Of a stretch of DNA of 64,000 nt, positions 38,050 to 50,783 are shown piece by piece; the stretch's first letter is position 1, and each line of letters begins with the position of its first letter. The notes beneath the pieces are model-generated. The model ran no database searches, was not told where the DNA came from, and saw nothing but the letters and a program-made list of their open reading frames with translations. The stretch comes from Felis catus (taxonomy: Eukaryota): NCBI RefSeq assembly GCF_018350175.1, contig NC_058383.1, positions 25,608,001 through 25,672,000 on the forward strand, written 5' to 3'. Made by a program: the position numbers and the translations under genes.

Positions 38050-38603
38050 GTATATTAGTTATCTATTGCCATGCGTTAAATGACCAACAAAACTTAGCAG
38101 CTTAAACATCTCACACTTAATAGCTCATAGTTGCTGTGGGTCAGAGAGTCCAGGCACATTCAGCTAGCTCCTCTGCTGTAACTGGTCCCTCACAAGCTAT
38201 AACTGAGATGTCAGCCAGGCCAGAGTCTCCTCTGAAGACTCAAATGGGGAAGAATCCACTTCCAACCTCACATGGTTGTTGGCAGAATCCCATTACTTGC
38301 TAGTTGTTGGACTGAGGGCCTCTGTTCCCCTTGCTGGATGTTGCCTGGAGGCTGGTAATTTCCTTACCACCAGAGACTTTCCACGTGGCTTCTCGGTTCA
38401 TCAGAACAAGCCAGGTGAGAAGGCAGTAGAGAGAGTTGGCTACCAAGTTGGAAGTCACAAACTAATCATAGAACTGACATCCCCTCAATGTTGGTGCAAT
38501 CTATTGTCTAGAAGCAAGTTAATCAATCTCAGGGGATTACACAAGGGCATGAATACCAGGAAGTGGGGACCACTGGGGGCTTTCACAGAGGCTACCTGCC
38601 ACA
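38050..38603 (-). mobile_element. MaLR (MLT1-type) LTR, antisense
   Basis: TATATTAGTTATCTATTGCC...AAAACTTAGCAGCTTAAAC...CACAAGGGCATGAATACCAGGAAGTGGGGACCACTGGGG...GGCTACCTGCCACA. Confidence 0.75.
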
Positions 38604-38609
38604 GAAAAC

Positions 38610-38980
38610 AAGACAATAAGCAAGAGAAACAAGTGAATTAGATTGTATACTGGGGATCCTGTGGATAGGGGAAAATATAGCAAGAAATAGGGATGGGCAA
38701 CATGGGGGTATAATGTTAAATAGAGATGTTGGTCAAGTCCTTGCTGAAAAGGCAGGACTTTCAGGAAAGAGCGGGAGGAAGTGATGGTACCAGCCTGGCT
38801 AAAATCTGGGGACATAGCCTTCTGAGCACAGAGGACAGCAAGCGCAAAGACCTTGGGGTGAGTATAGGGTTGGAGTGTTGAGGACCAGCAAAGAGGCTGG
38901 ATGGGAGTGAGGAGAGGATAACAAGAGATGGTTCCAGAGAGGTAAGGCCAGATAATATAGGTCTCACAATGAGACAGTAG
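38610..38980 (-). mobile_element. L2 LINE fragment
   Basis: GGACAGCAAGCGCAAAGACCTTGGGGTGAG...GAGTGTTGAGGACCAGCAAAGAGGC...AGAGGTAAGGCCAGAT. Confidence 0.5.
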
Positions 38981-40959
38981 CTGTTGCATGGCTTTGAGAA
39001 GGGCAGCAGGTGGGTGCTGGGTGATGCACCTATCACAGGGAACCCCTGAGTTCTCCTGTTCTACCTCCCACTGTCACTGGAAAGCATGGCAGGTAAGGCT
39101 GGCCAAGGTCCAGAAAACCAGCTGCAAGCAGGCAAACAGGAGCCATGCAGGACCAGGCTCCAGAGGTGGCCTCAGTTGCCTTGGCAACAGGGGCTTCCAA
39201 AAACCTCCCCAGGGACTCCTCAGGGCAACAGCAGGCCTGGCTCATTTCTTGTAATCCAGCAGCATAAGGACATAAAGAAATCAATTTATTGGCACAAACA
39301 GTCCTTCAGGCTCCTGTTCTTACTCTCCCTAGAATTCCATTCAGTGCAGAACTCATTGGATCTCAGTGTGCAGTGAAATGGTGAGCATTATTACTCTTAG
39401 TGGGAATGGGCCTCTCATGAAAGGGACAGGGTGGTCTCCCTGAACTTCACGGACTAAAGAGCCAAGGCTATGTGTGATGGCTCTGCATTTCAATCCCCTT
39501 TCTGCCATCTGCTAGCTGTATGACCTCAAGCAAGTCACTTAACCTCCCTGAACTCCATGCTTCTCAGTCCAGTGTTTCTGAGAAACAAAGAAGCTGATGC
39601 ATATCTTGTGCCCACCTCCTCCCATCATATATGACCAAGGCCCCTATGTGTCCCAGATCCTGACCCCTCCCACTTACTCTCCCTTTTTCCTGAATCATCT
39701 TCATCTCCATCAAGTCTTTTCTCAAATGTAACCTCCTCAGTGAGGCTCACCCCTCATTCCCTATTTTAAACTGCACCATCTGCAATATCCAAATGACCTA
39801 TCAAATATGGAGAAGGGGCTCAACTTAATTGTGATCAGGAAAATGCAAATTTTGTTTTGTTTTGTTTCTGTTTTTTTAAGGAAAATGCAAATTAAAACCA
39901 CAAGGCACACAGCCCCTTACAACCAAGCTTCCCCAAAAAAAGAATTTACATGTGTTTCTATTTTCTACCCTCTCATCCATTCCTCAGTCCCCTGCAATTC
40001 CACCTCAGTCTCTAAAGGAACCCTTCATAAAGACTGTCAATAACCCTAAGGTTGCTGATCTAGATTGGAACCCACCTTAGATCCTCCTTGTACAGTGGAG
40101 TGAGATATAAACTCTACAAATGCTTCACAAGGATTCTCTTCCCAAGGCCTAAGTGAAAGTCATGTGAAGGTCTCATTTGAGAGCATTCAAAATCTTTCTC
40201 CTGTTCATGTGCCTACCACCCACACCCACACACCCACACACCCACACCCACACCCACACCCTGCTCCCTGGCCCTACATGAAACTAAATGTCTCTAAGTG
40301 GGGGAGACACCCCAGACGTCCTCTAGCTGGGCTCACCCTTCATCAGACACCTCTGGTTGAGCTTCATAAACCGCCGCTGCTGCTGTCTGGTTAGATTTTT
40401 GTCAGACAGCTCCCCATTAACGCTCATAGACGGTGAGACAGTGCACCACAACATTCCCACAGGGGCTCTCTGCCCCCAGGCCCCACCTTCCTCACTGTGT
40501 GCTCCCCTCAAAACCCTGCTCTTTCCTCCCAGCTTCTCATAACAGATGAACAGACTACACATTATCCCAGAACTGAAGGCAACCTTTTATTCAGCAAACA
40601 GTTATACCCAACAGACCCAGGATGGATATTGGGACTCCAGAAATGGATCAGACACAGGCCTCAGTTTCTCTATATGGCAGTGGAACTTATGACAGCACCC
40701 GCCTTATAGGGTCGCAGTAAAGATTAAATGAGATAATGCACTTAGCACAATGCCTACACATAACAGGTGCTCAATAAACTGAAGTTCTAGTGTACATCTA
40801 TAGAGGGGCAGGTTGGCACCATTAAGGCTAATGGCACACATGAGCAGCAGAGCCCACTGTCTGCAAAAAGAACTCCTACCAGGTTCAAATGTAATACTAT
40901 ATACAAAATGCATCACACACAGCTTGGCACTAGTCATTGTTTTATTACTATTACTACGA

Positions 40960-41235
40960 TTTTTAACTAGTATTTCTTAGGCACAGTTACCCAACAGTGT
41001 TCCAATAACTTTATATATATTGACCCACTTAATTCTCAAACAATCCTATGAGATGAGCATTATTACTTTATTTTTTTTGTTATTATCATAATCTTCCCCA
41101 TTTACAGGTATGGAAATGAAAACACAAAGAGGTAAATTCATCTACGGTAACTCAGAGAGTAAGTGACAGAGCTAGGATTTGAACCCAGGCAGTCTGATTC
41201 CCAAACTCTCAGTCTTAACTGTCATGCTCTGCTAT
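40960..41235 (-). mobile_element. MIR SINE
   Basis: CCCCATTTACAGGTATGGAAATGAAAACACAAAGAGG...GTAAGTGACAGAGCTAGGATTTGAACCCAGGCAGTCTGA. Confidence 0.75.
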
Positions 41236-41491
41236 CATGATTAGTCTTATAAACCCTGCCTACTTCACCAGATTGGACAAGGATCAAATAAGACACAGTA
41301 AAGTCCAAAATCACATGGAGACTCAGTAGAAATGTTGAAAAATCAGTATTTAAGGCAAACTCATATATAATCTAAAATTTTCCTTGAAAGATATAGGATC
41401 CATAAAGTAAGCATGGTTCTGAGTATTACTGTACTATCTCCCTGAGCCAATTTTTCCTCTAGCAACAAAACAGAATGCTGATCCTTCAGTT

Positions 41492-41494
<3 letters not shown>

Positions 41495-41543
<49 letters not shown>
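41495..41543. repeat. (CA)n microsatellite
   Basis: About 24 perfect units. Confidence 0.97.
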
Positions 41544-41545
<2 letters not shown>

Positions 41546-41679
41546 TCCGATTGGGGGTTGTTTTGCTGAGTGAAATTTTGGCCAAGCTTGCATGGTTTAA
41601 TTCCCACTAAGTAAAATGGGTGTTTAATGTGATGTGTTTCCACTGTACTGTGTATGGATATACTGCATAAACTGTACAA

Positions 41680-41900
41680 CATAGTAACAATACTGGCTAA
41701 CACCTATTGTCATGTGTCAGGCACCACTCTGCATGTTTTACATGTATGGATGCACTTAATCCTCCTAACAGCCCTAGGAGGTAAGTACTATTGTCATCAT
41801 CCTCATCTCACAGGTGGGGAAACTGAGGCAAAGAGTTTCAAGCATTTGCCTTGATATCACCTAACTGGATTTGACCCCAGACACTCTGACTCCAAGGGCC
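41680..41900 (-). mobile_element. MIR SINE
   Basis: ATGTGTCAGGCACC...TTAATCCTCCTAACAGCCCTAGGAGGTAAGTACTA...ACAGGTGGGGAAACTGAGGCA. Confidence 0.75.
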
Positions 41901-42679
41901 ATGTGCCATGCCATCTCTCCAAGGATCCCAAGATGAAGTGTATTTATGACTGTCCCTCCCCCTCTTCCATGCCCCCAGCCAGCTTCCTCCATGATCCAGC
42001 TGCCTCCAAAGAGCCTGTTGGTCTCTGGGAAGAAACAGTCCTGGTGAATCCTCTCTGAAAGCTAATTCGGCCATTTACTCTCAATTTGTAGCGGATGCTG
42101 TCGTCTCTCAGATTTCAAAGAAGATGAATGCATGGGTCAAATTGAATTAAAAAATTTAATTGAATAAGACAGAACCAGACAGCTTGATGGAAGACTTTGA
42201 TCTGATAAAGGGAGAGGAGAAATGCGTGCTCCTAAGGCCGGGGTGTGATGGGGAGCTGTCTGGACCTTGTCTAGCCTCTTCTCATCTGCAGGAAAGCCAG
42301 TTATGCCAATTATGGGTGTGATTGCCCTGAGGTGGTGTGGGGAAGACTGTTCCAAGGCATTTACCAGATTACCATGTCCCTAAACAGGCTGAGAGCTCGC
42401 CCACCTTCCTGTCTATCCCTGCCTCCAGACCAATACAGCTCTGAGCCCCTGAAAGTCAGGGAGTTTGTCACAGACCTCACAAGACCTCTGTGTCCTGGCC
42501 AAAACAGGAACCCTACAAAAGAGATATTTAAAGAGAGATACACAGAGAGAGACAGAGAGAATTAAACCAGTAGCCCACAGGGAGACCAGCACACAGACTT
42601 GTTTTAGCATACCCAATGGTTTGTTTTCTAATTAGGAGATTTCCCACTTTAAAATCCATATTTGTAGCTTCTGTTTAAA

Positions 42680-43005
42680 CACTGCTACTCAAAGTGAGGT
42701 CACGGACCAGTAGCACTGGCACCAACTGGGAGCTTTTCAGAAATGCAGAATTTTAGGTCCCATCCCAGACATTGTAAATCAGAATTCACATTTTAACATT
42801 AAAGTTTGAGAAGGACTTACTTTAGAACAGTGGTTCACACCCCTGGCTAAATATTATAATGACCTGAAGAGCTTTTTAAAAATCTAGATACTCAGGCCAC
42901 TTTCTACCCTTTTCATTCAGAATCTCTAGGGGTAGGACCCAGGCATCAGCATTTTTTAAAATCTTCCAGGTGATTCCAATAGGTGGCCAAGGTTGAGAAC
43001 CAATA
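42680..43005. mobile_element. Two adjacent MER5-like hAT fossils
   Basis: CTACTCAAAGTGAGGTCACGGACCAGTAGCA... and CAGTGGTTCACACCCCTGG...CCAGGTGATTCCAAT...GGTTGAGAACCA. Confidence 0.7.
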
Positions 43006-43254
43006 GATTAAAATCAGAATATGTGGAAACACTTGGTGTCCTATTCCCATGCGACAGAGTGGCTGAGGCTGAGGAGCCATTCCCCAATCCCACCTGGCCT
43101 CAACATGTATTTTCATACATGCAGGTGCCACATGCCTATGATCCATGACTTATTTATATGCTTAAGGTCCTTGAACCTCCTCTGCTCCGAGAACTCTCTC
43201 CCTACATTCCCCATCTCCCCTCTTTTAGGAGGGCCATTAGCAAGAAGCAGCCAA

Positions 43255-43603
43255 GCAGTTTCTAATAAAGCAAATATGCATGCAGCAATTCCACTTCTAG
43301 GTTTACAGCCAACAGAAATGAATGCACATGCCAACAAAAAGACTTATACAAGAACATTCATACAACTTTATGAACAATAGCCAAAACTGGAAACAACCCA
43401 AACAACCATCAACAAAAGAAAGGATAAACAAGCTGTGGTACATCCATTAATGGAACACATTTTGGCAATAAAAGGGAACAAACTATTGATTCATGCATAA
43501 CATGGATTAATCTCAAAAACCCTATGGTGAAGAAAGAAGCCAAACACAGAAGTGTACATGCTGTATGATTTCATTTATATGAAATTCTCTTAAAATGCAA
43601 AAC
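43255..43603 (+). mobile_element. Old L1M 3' fragment
   Basis: GCAGCAATTCCACTTCTAGGT...AATAGCCAAAACTGGAAACAACCCAAA...CTGTATGATTTCATTTATATGAAATTC. Confidence 0.8.
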
Positions 43604-43604
43604 A

Positions 43605-43808
43605 GGGCTCCTGGGTGGCTCAGTCCATTAAGTGTCCAACCCTTGATTTTGCCTCACATCATGATCCCAGGGTCCTGGGACTGAGCCTCACATTGGGCTC
43701 TGCGCTGAGCATGGAGCCTGCTTAAGCTTCTCTCTCTCCCTCTGCTCCTATCTCCCACTTGCACTCTCTCTCTCTCTAAAAAATAAAAAATTTAAATTAA
43801 AAAAAAAT
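43605..43808 (+). mobile_element. CAN-SINE (older)
   Basis: Head, CT tract and tail. Confidence 0.9.
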
Positions 43809-44425
43809 TTAATGAATAAAATGAACAGGTGTAGCTGATGCCATCTTTCCCTCTCCCCTTTTTTGCTTTGAAAACAGATATGATGCCTGGAGCAGGGAAG
43901 CTTTCTTTTGAACATGAGGCAATAGGCAGTTAGAAAAAGCCAAGGGAACTCTGAGAAACCAGTCCTGACATTGCTGAGGTGCTAAGTCCAGGTCAACAGC
44001 TAGCTGCTTACATCCAGGCTTCTTCTTCCATGATATAAACAACCCCCTGTTTATTTAGACCACTGTAAGTCAGGTTCTAAATTCCTTGTAGCCAAAAGCA
44101 TCCCTAACTACCCATCACCAATGACTTCCAGGAGAAGTAAGTGAAATAATCTTTATGAAATCAAAAAACCATGTATCAGACAACATTCATGTTCAGTACA
44201 TACAAGCTCTCTCCTCCCAAACCTCCTTGCAGAAATCTGGACTGCTTAAAGTGAAAATAGTATAATGAGTTAAGGTGGATTCGTTTTTTTCCCTAATTAG
44301 TGAACAGGTTAATATAGGCATGTGTGATAGCCAGAATAATGGGGTCCGGGCCATGATGTCCACATCCTACTCCCCAGAATCTGCAAATACATTTCATGGC
44401 AAGGGAGGATTAAAACTGCAATTGT

Positions 44426-44656
44426 GGGGGGACACCTGGGTGGCTCAGTCAGTTAAGCATCCAATTCTTGATTTCAGCTCAAGTAATGATCTCAATGTTC
44501 CTGAGATCAAGCCCTGTGACAGGCTCTGCACTGACAGAGAGGAGCCTGCTTGGGATTCTCTCTCTCCCTCTATCTCTGTTCCTCCCCTGCTCATGTTTTC
44601 TCTCTCTCTCTCAAAATAAACAAACACTAAAAAAAAAAAAAAAAAAAAAAAAAAAA
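44426..44656 (+). mobile_element. CAN-SINE
   Basis: Long A tail; TSD AAAACTGCA. Confidence 0.93.
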
Positions 44657-44660
44657 CTGC

Positions 44661-44869
44661 AGGGATGCCTGGGTGGCTCAGTCAGTTGGACATCTGATTT
44701 TGGCTCAGGTCATGATTTCACAGTTGGTGAGTTCAAGCCCTGTGTCAGATTCTGTGCTGACAGCTCAGAGCCTATAGCCTGCTTCAGATTCTCTGTCTCC
44801 CTCTCTGCCCCTCCTCTGCTTGTGCTCTCTCTCAAAAATAAATAAATAAACATTAAAAAAAAAAAAAAA
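44661..44869 (+). mobile_element. CAN-SINE
   Basis: Head, CT tract and tail; TSD ACTGCAG. Confidence 0.93.
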
Positions 44870-45230
44870 GACTGCAGATGGGATTAAGTTGGCTAAACAG
44901 CTGACCCTGAAATGGGGAGATTATCCTGGATTATCTGGGTGGGCCCACCTTAATCACAATGGTCTTTAAGCATAAAAGAGGGAGGCAAAAAGCATGAGTG
45001 TCAGAGGGATGCAATGTAACAGAGTCAACTGGCACCAATTGTCTGAAGATGCAGGAGCCATGAGCTAAGGAATGGCTCTAGAATCTCTAGAAGCTGAAAA
45101 AGCAAAGGAAACAAATTCTCTCCTAGAGTCTCCACAAGGAACACAGCCCGGCTGCCACCTTAATTTTAGCTCAGTGAGACCCACTTCATACTTCTGACCT
45201 CCAGAACTGTAAGATAATAACTTTGTGTTG

Positions 45231-45446
45231 TTTTTTTTATTTTTTTAATGTTTATTTATTTTTGAGAGAGACAGAGCATGAGCAGGGGAAGGGCAGAGAG
45301 AGAGGGAGACACAGAATCAGAAGCAGGCTCCAGCCTCTGAGCTGTCAGCACAGAGCCCAAAGCAGGGCTTGAACCCAGGAACCATGAGATCATAAGCTAA
45401 CCCGAAGTCAGACCCTTAACCCACTGAGCCAACCTAGGCGGCCCCT
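45231..45446 (-). mobile_element. CAN-SINE
   Basis: Approximate TSD TAACTTTG..TTGTTTT. Confidence 0.92.
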
Positions 45447-46699
45447 AACTTTGCATTGTTTTATGCCACTACATTTGTTCTCATGTGTTACAGCAGCCAT
45501 AGGAAACTAAGGCAGTGAGATTTGGAGGCTGAAGTAAGCAAAACAACCAAGGTCTTCTCTCAGGAGGATGAAACAAATTCAAACGTTCTAGCCAGATAAA
45601 CATGCCAAATCTTGATTTGGCTGGTGGTGTACACACATGTAAACATATGTAAATTTTGTTTACCATGTATTATACATTAACTAAAAACTCAAAAAGGCAG
45701 TGAATGACATAAGCATACTTTTCCAGAAAAATCCCCCTAAATCCAGCAACTGAGTCAGCAGGCTGGAAGGGGGCAGAGTACAATTTACAGAGGAATGGCC
45801 AAGTCCCACTATCAGGTGGTAGGGACTTGAGGCAGAAGCCAGCTCAATCAAGAATTTTCCACCCTCTGACTGCCCTCTCTTGCCTGACACACATGTCAGT
45901 CTTGCTTTCATACCACCTTTGGCATCATCTTTCCACAAGCATGTTGCCACCCTTACCTAGGAGGATCCTCCAACTCTGTTTGCCCAGTAAAATCTTTATT
46001 GCCAACTGTTGTCCTAGTGCAATTAACACTGTGACCAGGTTAGGATGATAAATCGTACAGCCACCTACCTTAAACAAATTGTTGAAAAAGTGTCATCTGG
46101 GGACAACAAACCCAGGGGAAGAAATCACTGCCCCTATTATACCCCATCGCAATGCTTCTGAGTTATGGCAAAATAAAGAGGAACAAGAAACCTCACTCAC
46201 TGTTTGGGTCTGACCATGCTGATACCCTCTGTCCTACTGACCACACCAGCCTCAACATCACAAGGATGAGCTCAGAAGAGCCGAAGATATGGATCTATAA
46301 AACCTCACTCACGTCCTGCCCCTGGCCCAAACCAAAATGCCCACTCCATCCTCCCTGGGCAAAAGCCATGTGCTTAAAAGCATCACGTGGGACCCATTCA
46401 AGGTAATTAACAACCTGTTAGATGTCATAAACCAGTCTCACTCCCCGGATCTTTCTCCAACCTTGGGACTTAGATGAAAGGCAGACAAATTTGGTTTCCA
46501 CTTATCTTTGGGCTGAACTTTTTTTTCTTGAACTGACTAAATGACATCCTGCCTTCTCAGGATCAGAAAACACAGTCTATTTTGTGTTCAATGACTCTGG
46601 AGTCCCTGTGAAAGTCACCTTGCAGGAGTGGTCTGGCAAATTCAGCCCAGTGAGGGCTGGTTTCCTAGTAGTGTGAGGATGATTACACTCTGGTCTGTG

Positions 46700-46987
46700 G
46701 CTCAGACACTTCCTGAGGCTAGAGACACACAACAGTGCCATTAAGCTCACCTGACAGCCAGCATCAACAACCAAACATGTGGGTGGATGAGTCTTCAGAT
46801 GATTCTAGTCCCCAGCTGTGAAGTCTTCCAGCTGATAACACAGTCATCCTAGAACAGGGACAATCCATCCCACTGTGCCTGTCTGAAGTTCTGACCTGCA
46901 GAAACTGTAAGAGATAATAAGTAACGTTATTATTTAAACCACCATATTCTACAGTAATTTGTTACATAGCCATTTATAACAAATACA
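46700..46987 (+). mobile_element. MaLR (MLT1-type) LTR 3' part
   Basis: CTGACAGCCAGCATCAAC...CTTCAGATGATTCTAGTCCCAGC...GTAATTTGTTACATAGCCATTTATAACAAATACA. Confidence 0.7.
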
Positions 46988-47614
46988 GAAAGAACCTGAA
47001 TCTTGCCATCTCGTGTGGCGTGCAGACATAAAATCCTATGGAAGGACAGGGATTGGTACTTTTTGAGGCATATAACCACCTCTGGACCAATCACTGAGTC
47101 CAGGAGAAAGCTACACTCTGACTGGCCCACCTGGCCAAAATGGGACACCATGATAGACAACTCCACTTGCAAAGCAAGGAGGAGGAAAGGGGTCCTCTCA
47201 AGGAAATGATGCTGACAGACAAAAGCAATGTCAAATACAATGACCTCACTGCTTATCTCTTTTCCACTCCTGCCTTTTCTGCTCCTGTTAACTATAGTGA
47301 TGTCTTCTGCTGATCACAAAACTGTTAGCCCATTCTTATTAAAGATATCTCTACTGATGATTCCCACAGATAACTGTGCTAGGGCCATGGATGCCAATGC
47401 CATTGTCAAGGTCAGTCTCTCATTGAAGCTGGAACTTTCAACCCACTGATACCTTGAGCTGTATATTTACCTTTTTATGGTCATATTATTGTATTCTTTG
47501 TCTTAGGAATCAAGTGTTATTCTGAACTGAACTACACCATCAAACCACTAAATTTCGGTTCCAGTTACTGTGTTGGAATCCAGCACATGCTCCTCAGTGA
47601 TCCTTTTACTTAAA

Positions 47615-47797
47615 GAAGTGATTCTCAACCTTGGATGCATATTAAAATTACCTGAGGAGCTTTTCAAAACAATACAAATGTCCAGGCCTCACTCCAAGCC
47701 AATTATATTAGATTCCTAAGGGGAGAGACTGAGCATTTGTATTTATTAATGCTCCTACAGAAGATTCCAGAGTTACAGCCATGGCTAAGACCACTGA
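47615..47797. mobile_element. MER5-like hAT fossil
   Basis: GTGATTCTCAACCTTGGATGCATATTAAAATTACCTGAGGAGCTTTT...GGCTAAGACCACTG. Confidence 0.65.
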
Positions 47798-47879
47798 TTT
47801 AGAGTGAATCAATCATATTCCCCAAAGGTTGGCAGGCCCACTCTCACGGCCACCACAGCTCCCTCCCTGTCCTCACCAA

Positions 47880-48240
47880 TAGTAAGTTTTATCAGTTCTA
47901 CCTTCTAAACCTCTCTAGTACCTGTCCTTTTCAATCCAGTTTCATCAGCACAAGCCACCATCATCACTTGCCTGGACCACTCTGAAAACTTACTTAGCTT
48001 TCCCCCTTTTCTGCCTCTTCCAATTCTGCCTCTTTGCCATGCTTCTCCACACAACAGCCAGAGTGACCCTTTTAAAACATAAATCCGGCGATGTCATTCC
48101 CTTGCTTAGAAACCATCAATGACTTTCAACTAGACTTAAAATGCAAACTCTTTATCATGACCTTCATGGGTATAGTCCCTGCTCCCCTCTCTAGCCTCAC
48201 CTCCTGACATTCCCCCTGATCACTAACTTCCAATCATCTT
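47880..48240 (+). mobile_element. L2 LINE fragment
   Basis: CAAGCCACCATCATCACTTGCCTGGACCAC...CTCCACACAACAGCCAGAGTGACCCTTTTAAAAC. Confidence 0.65.
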
Positions 48241-48242
48241 AG

Positions 48243-48449
48243 AACAGCCCCACCCAATAGAACTTTCTGTGATAAAGTAAATTTTCTATATTTGCACTAT
48301 CCAACATGGGACCCCATAGCCACGTGTGGCCATTAAGCACTTCAAAAGTGGATAGTGTAAGTAAAGAACCAAATGTTTTAGTAATTTTCATTCATTTAAA
48401 TTTAAATAGCCACATGTGGTTAGTAGGTACCATACTGGACAGTGTAGTA
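48243..48449. mobile_element. MER3-like hAT-Charlie MITE
   Basis: CCAATAGAACTTTCTGTGAT...TAGCCACGTGTGGC...TTTAAATTTAAATAGCCACATGTGG...CATACTGGACAGTG. Confidence 0.8.
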
Positions 48450-49593
48450 CCTGGATTTCAAGCAGGGCAAATTCTTTACCTCATCAGGGTTTTAAACAAC
48501 AATTCTCTCTGCTTGGAGCTGGACATGAGAGAGGAGTGATTCTCCAAAGGAAAACCTGAGAGAGATATTCCCACACTAAGGGATGGTGTAGAGGTAAAAG
48601 CAACAGGTGTCCACCTCAATGAGGGAGAAATCAGGGCTGACTCTTAAAAAAAATAGGGAATGGTAAGGGGACAGCCCAAAATGCTGTGTTCAAGTTACAG
48701 CAGTGCTCAAATGTGAATGTGCTACAACATACTGTGGAAAAGAAACTTGCAGACAAATATATACAGTGAGCCCACTGACATAAATTCAGAAATCCACCAA
48801 TTAAACAATACATTTACAGCTACAAACATATTAGGCAAAACCAAAGAAAAGCAACAGAATGATAAACACAAAATTCACAATAGTGGTGACTTCTGAGGGA
48901 AGAGAGGAGACAGAATCAGGGGAAAAACAGGGCATTCCACCCTGGGCACAGGTATGGTGTTCATTGCTGCAGGGAATTTTAAAATAAAACAAGTGAAAAA
49001 TCAATTGGTCTGTTTTTTACTTTCACCAAGCTCCAGAAATTCTAAACAATTTCAGTGACAAAATACTCTTCCCCTAACTAAAAAAGCTTTTGTTGGTTTA
49101 AGTGCTAAAAATTGCTGCAATGACTAGATATACAGATATGTGCACATATATACATAAACTTCAAATTTTCACATTTTATTGCTTATCCTTTGTGCCAGTT
49201 ATCAATTTTTTGCCTATGAACTCCAAATTTATCCTTCTCTTACCTGATATGAGATACTGAAGCTGGACCCTGTGAATATTTTTCCTTTGCCAGCTGGCAT
49301 AATATTAGGTTACGCCAGTAGAGGACACTAGAGGGATACTGCAAAGGGGAGGTGCTTCTGTTACTGGTTCCAAAGTTTTTCTTGCCCCTAGTGCATGGCA
49401 GCCAACAGGTGGCTTCCCAGGGAGTTTCAGGAGCACCCCAGTGAGAGGATTCGGTGAGTTCTGCCAACATTCCAATGGACTGTTTTCTACTCACCAGCCC
49501 TGGCCTTCAGAACTTCAGTGAACTTTGTCACTGTCCCACAAGGTCCAAATCCCTGCCTTGGGGAGTCAGCATGTTACAATTTGTTCCTTCCTT

Positions 49594-50783
49594 TGTGTGG
49601 TAAGCAAAATCCTAAAGTGGCCTCCAGGCAGCCCCCCACCCGCATCTCCCTGCGATCCCCAGTATACGTGCCCTATGTAATTCCTAACATTGCGAATATG
49701 ATGAATGCTAATCCTGTGATTAGATTATGTTTTATGGCATAGTTGACTTTAAGGGAGATTATCTGGGTGAAACTGACCTAATCACGTAAGTCCTTTAAGT
49801 CTGGGTCTAGAGGTGAGAGGAAAAAATAAGGAGTCAAAGCACGGAAGGATTTGACTTGCCACTGCTGGCTAGAAGATGGAGGGGACCCCATGGTAAGGAA
49901 TGTAGGTGGCAGGCAGGCAAATTAGGGTGACCCCCAGATGACAGCTAGCAGGAAACGAAGACCTCAGTCCTACAACTGCAAGGAAATTAACTCTGACAAA
50001 AACAAGTATGATCTTGGAAGTGAACATTCCTCTACAGCCTGCATTCAAGAACTCAGTCTGGCTGACACCTTGATTTCAGTCTTGAATTTCCCTTACCTTG
50101 CCATACCTATAGAACTGTGAGCTAAGAAATAAGTGGGGTTTTTTTTAATTCTTTAATGTGGTAAAATAACATAATATGAAATTTACCACTTTAATTAAGT
50201 GTACAGTTCAGTGGCATTAAGTACATTCACATTGTTGGACAACCATTACATCCCAAACTGAAACTCCGTCCCCATTAAATAATAAATCCCCAAGCCTACC
50301 CCTTCAAAGCTGCTGGCAACCAGTATTCTACTTTCTTGTCTCTATGAATTTGACTACTCTAGATACCATACAAGCGTGGGCACACAGTATTTGTCCTGTG
50401 ACTGGCTTATTTCATTCAACATGTTTTCAAGGTTTATCTACATTGTACCATGTGTCAGAATTTTCTTCCTTCTTAAGGCTGAAGAACAGTCCATTACATA
50501 GATACACCACATTTTGTTTATTCCTTCATCCACTGATGTATACTTGATTTGTAGCCACCTTTTGGTTATTGTGTATGCTACCGCTGTGAACCCAGGTGTA
50601 CAAATAACTCTTCAAGTCCCTATTTTCAATTATTTTGGGTGTATACTCAGAATTGCTGGATCATATGTAACTCTACATTTAATTTTTTGAGGAACCACCA
50701 TGATGTCTTCCATAACAGCTAAATAGGTATTGTTTTAAACTGCTTTGTGCTAATGTGTTACTCAGCAATTGAAAACCGATATA
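49594..50783 (+). mobile_element. MaLR (MLT1-type) LTR nested in the LTR41-like element
   Basis: TGTGTGGTAAGCAAAATCCTAAAGTGG...GACCTCAGTCCTACAACTGCAAGGAA...GCTGACACCTTGATTTCAG | L1 | TTGTTTTAAAC...GCAATTGAAAACCGATATAC. Confidence 0.8.
50140..50720 (-). mobile_element. Old L1M 3' fragment, antisense, nested in MLT1
   Basis: TTAAGTGTACAGTTCAGTGGCATTAAGTACATTCACATTGTT...ATTGCTGGATCATATG...TTTTTGAGGAACCACCA. Confidence 0.85.

Larger units (their letters stand above)
44321..45513 (+). mobile_element. MaLR (MLT1-type) LTR with three SINE insertions
   Basis: TGTGTGATAGCCAGAATAATGG start; GATTATCCTGGATTATCTGGGTGGGCCC; CTTCTGACCTCCAGAACTGTAAGATAATAA; ends GCAGCCATAGGAAACTAA. Confidence 0.85.
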
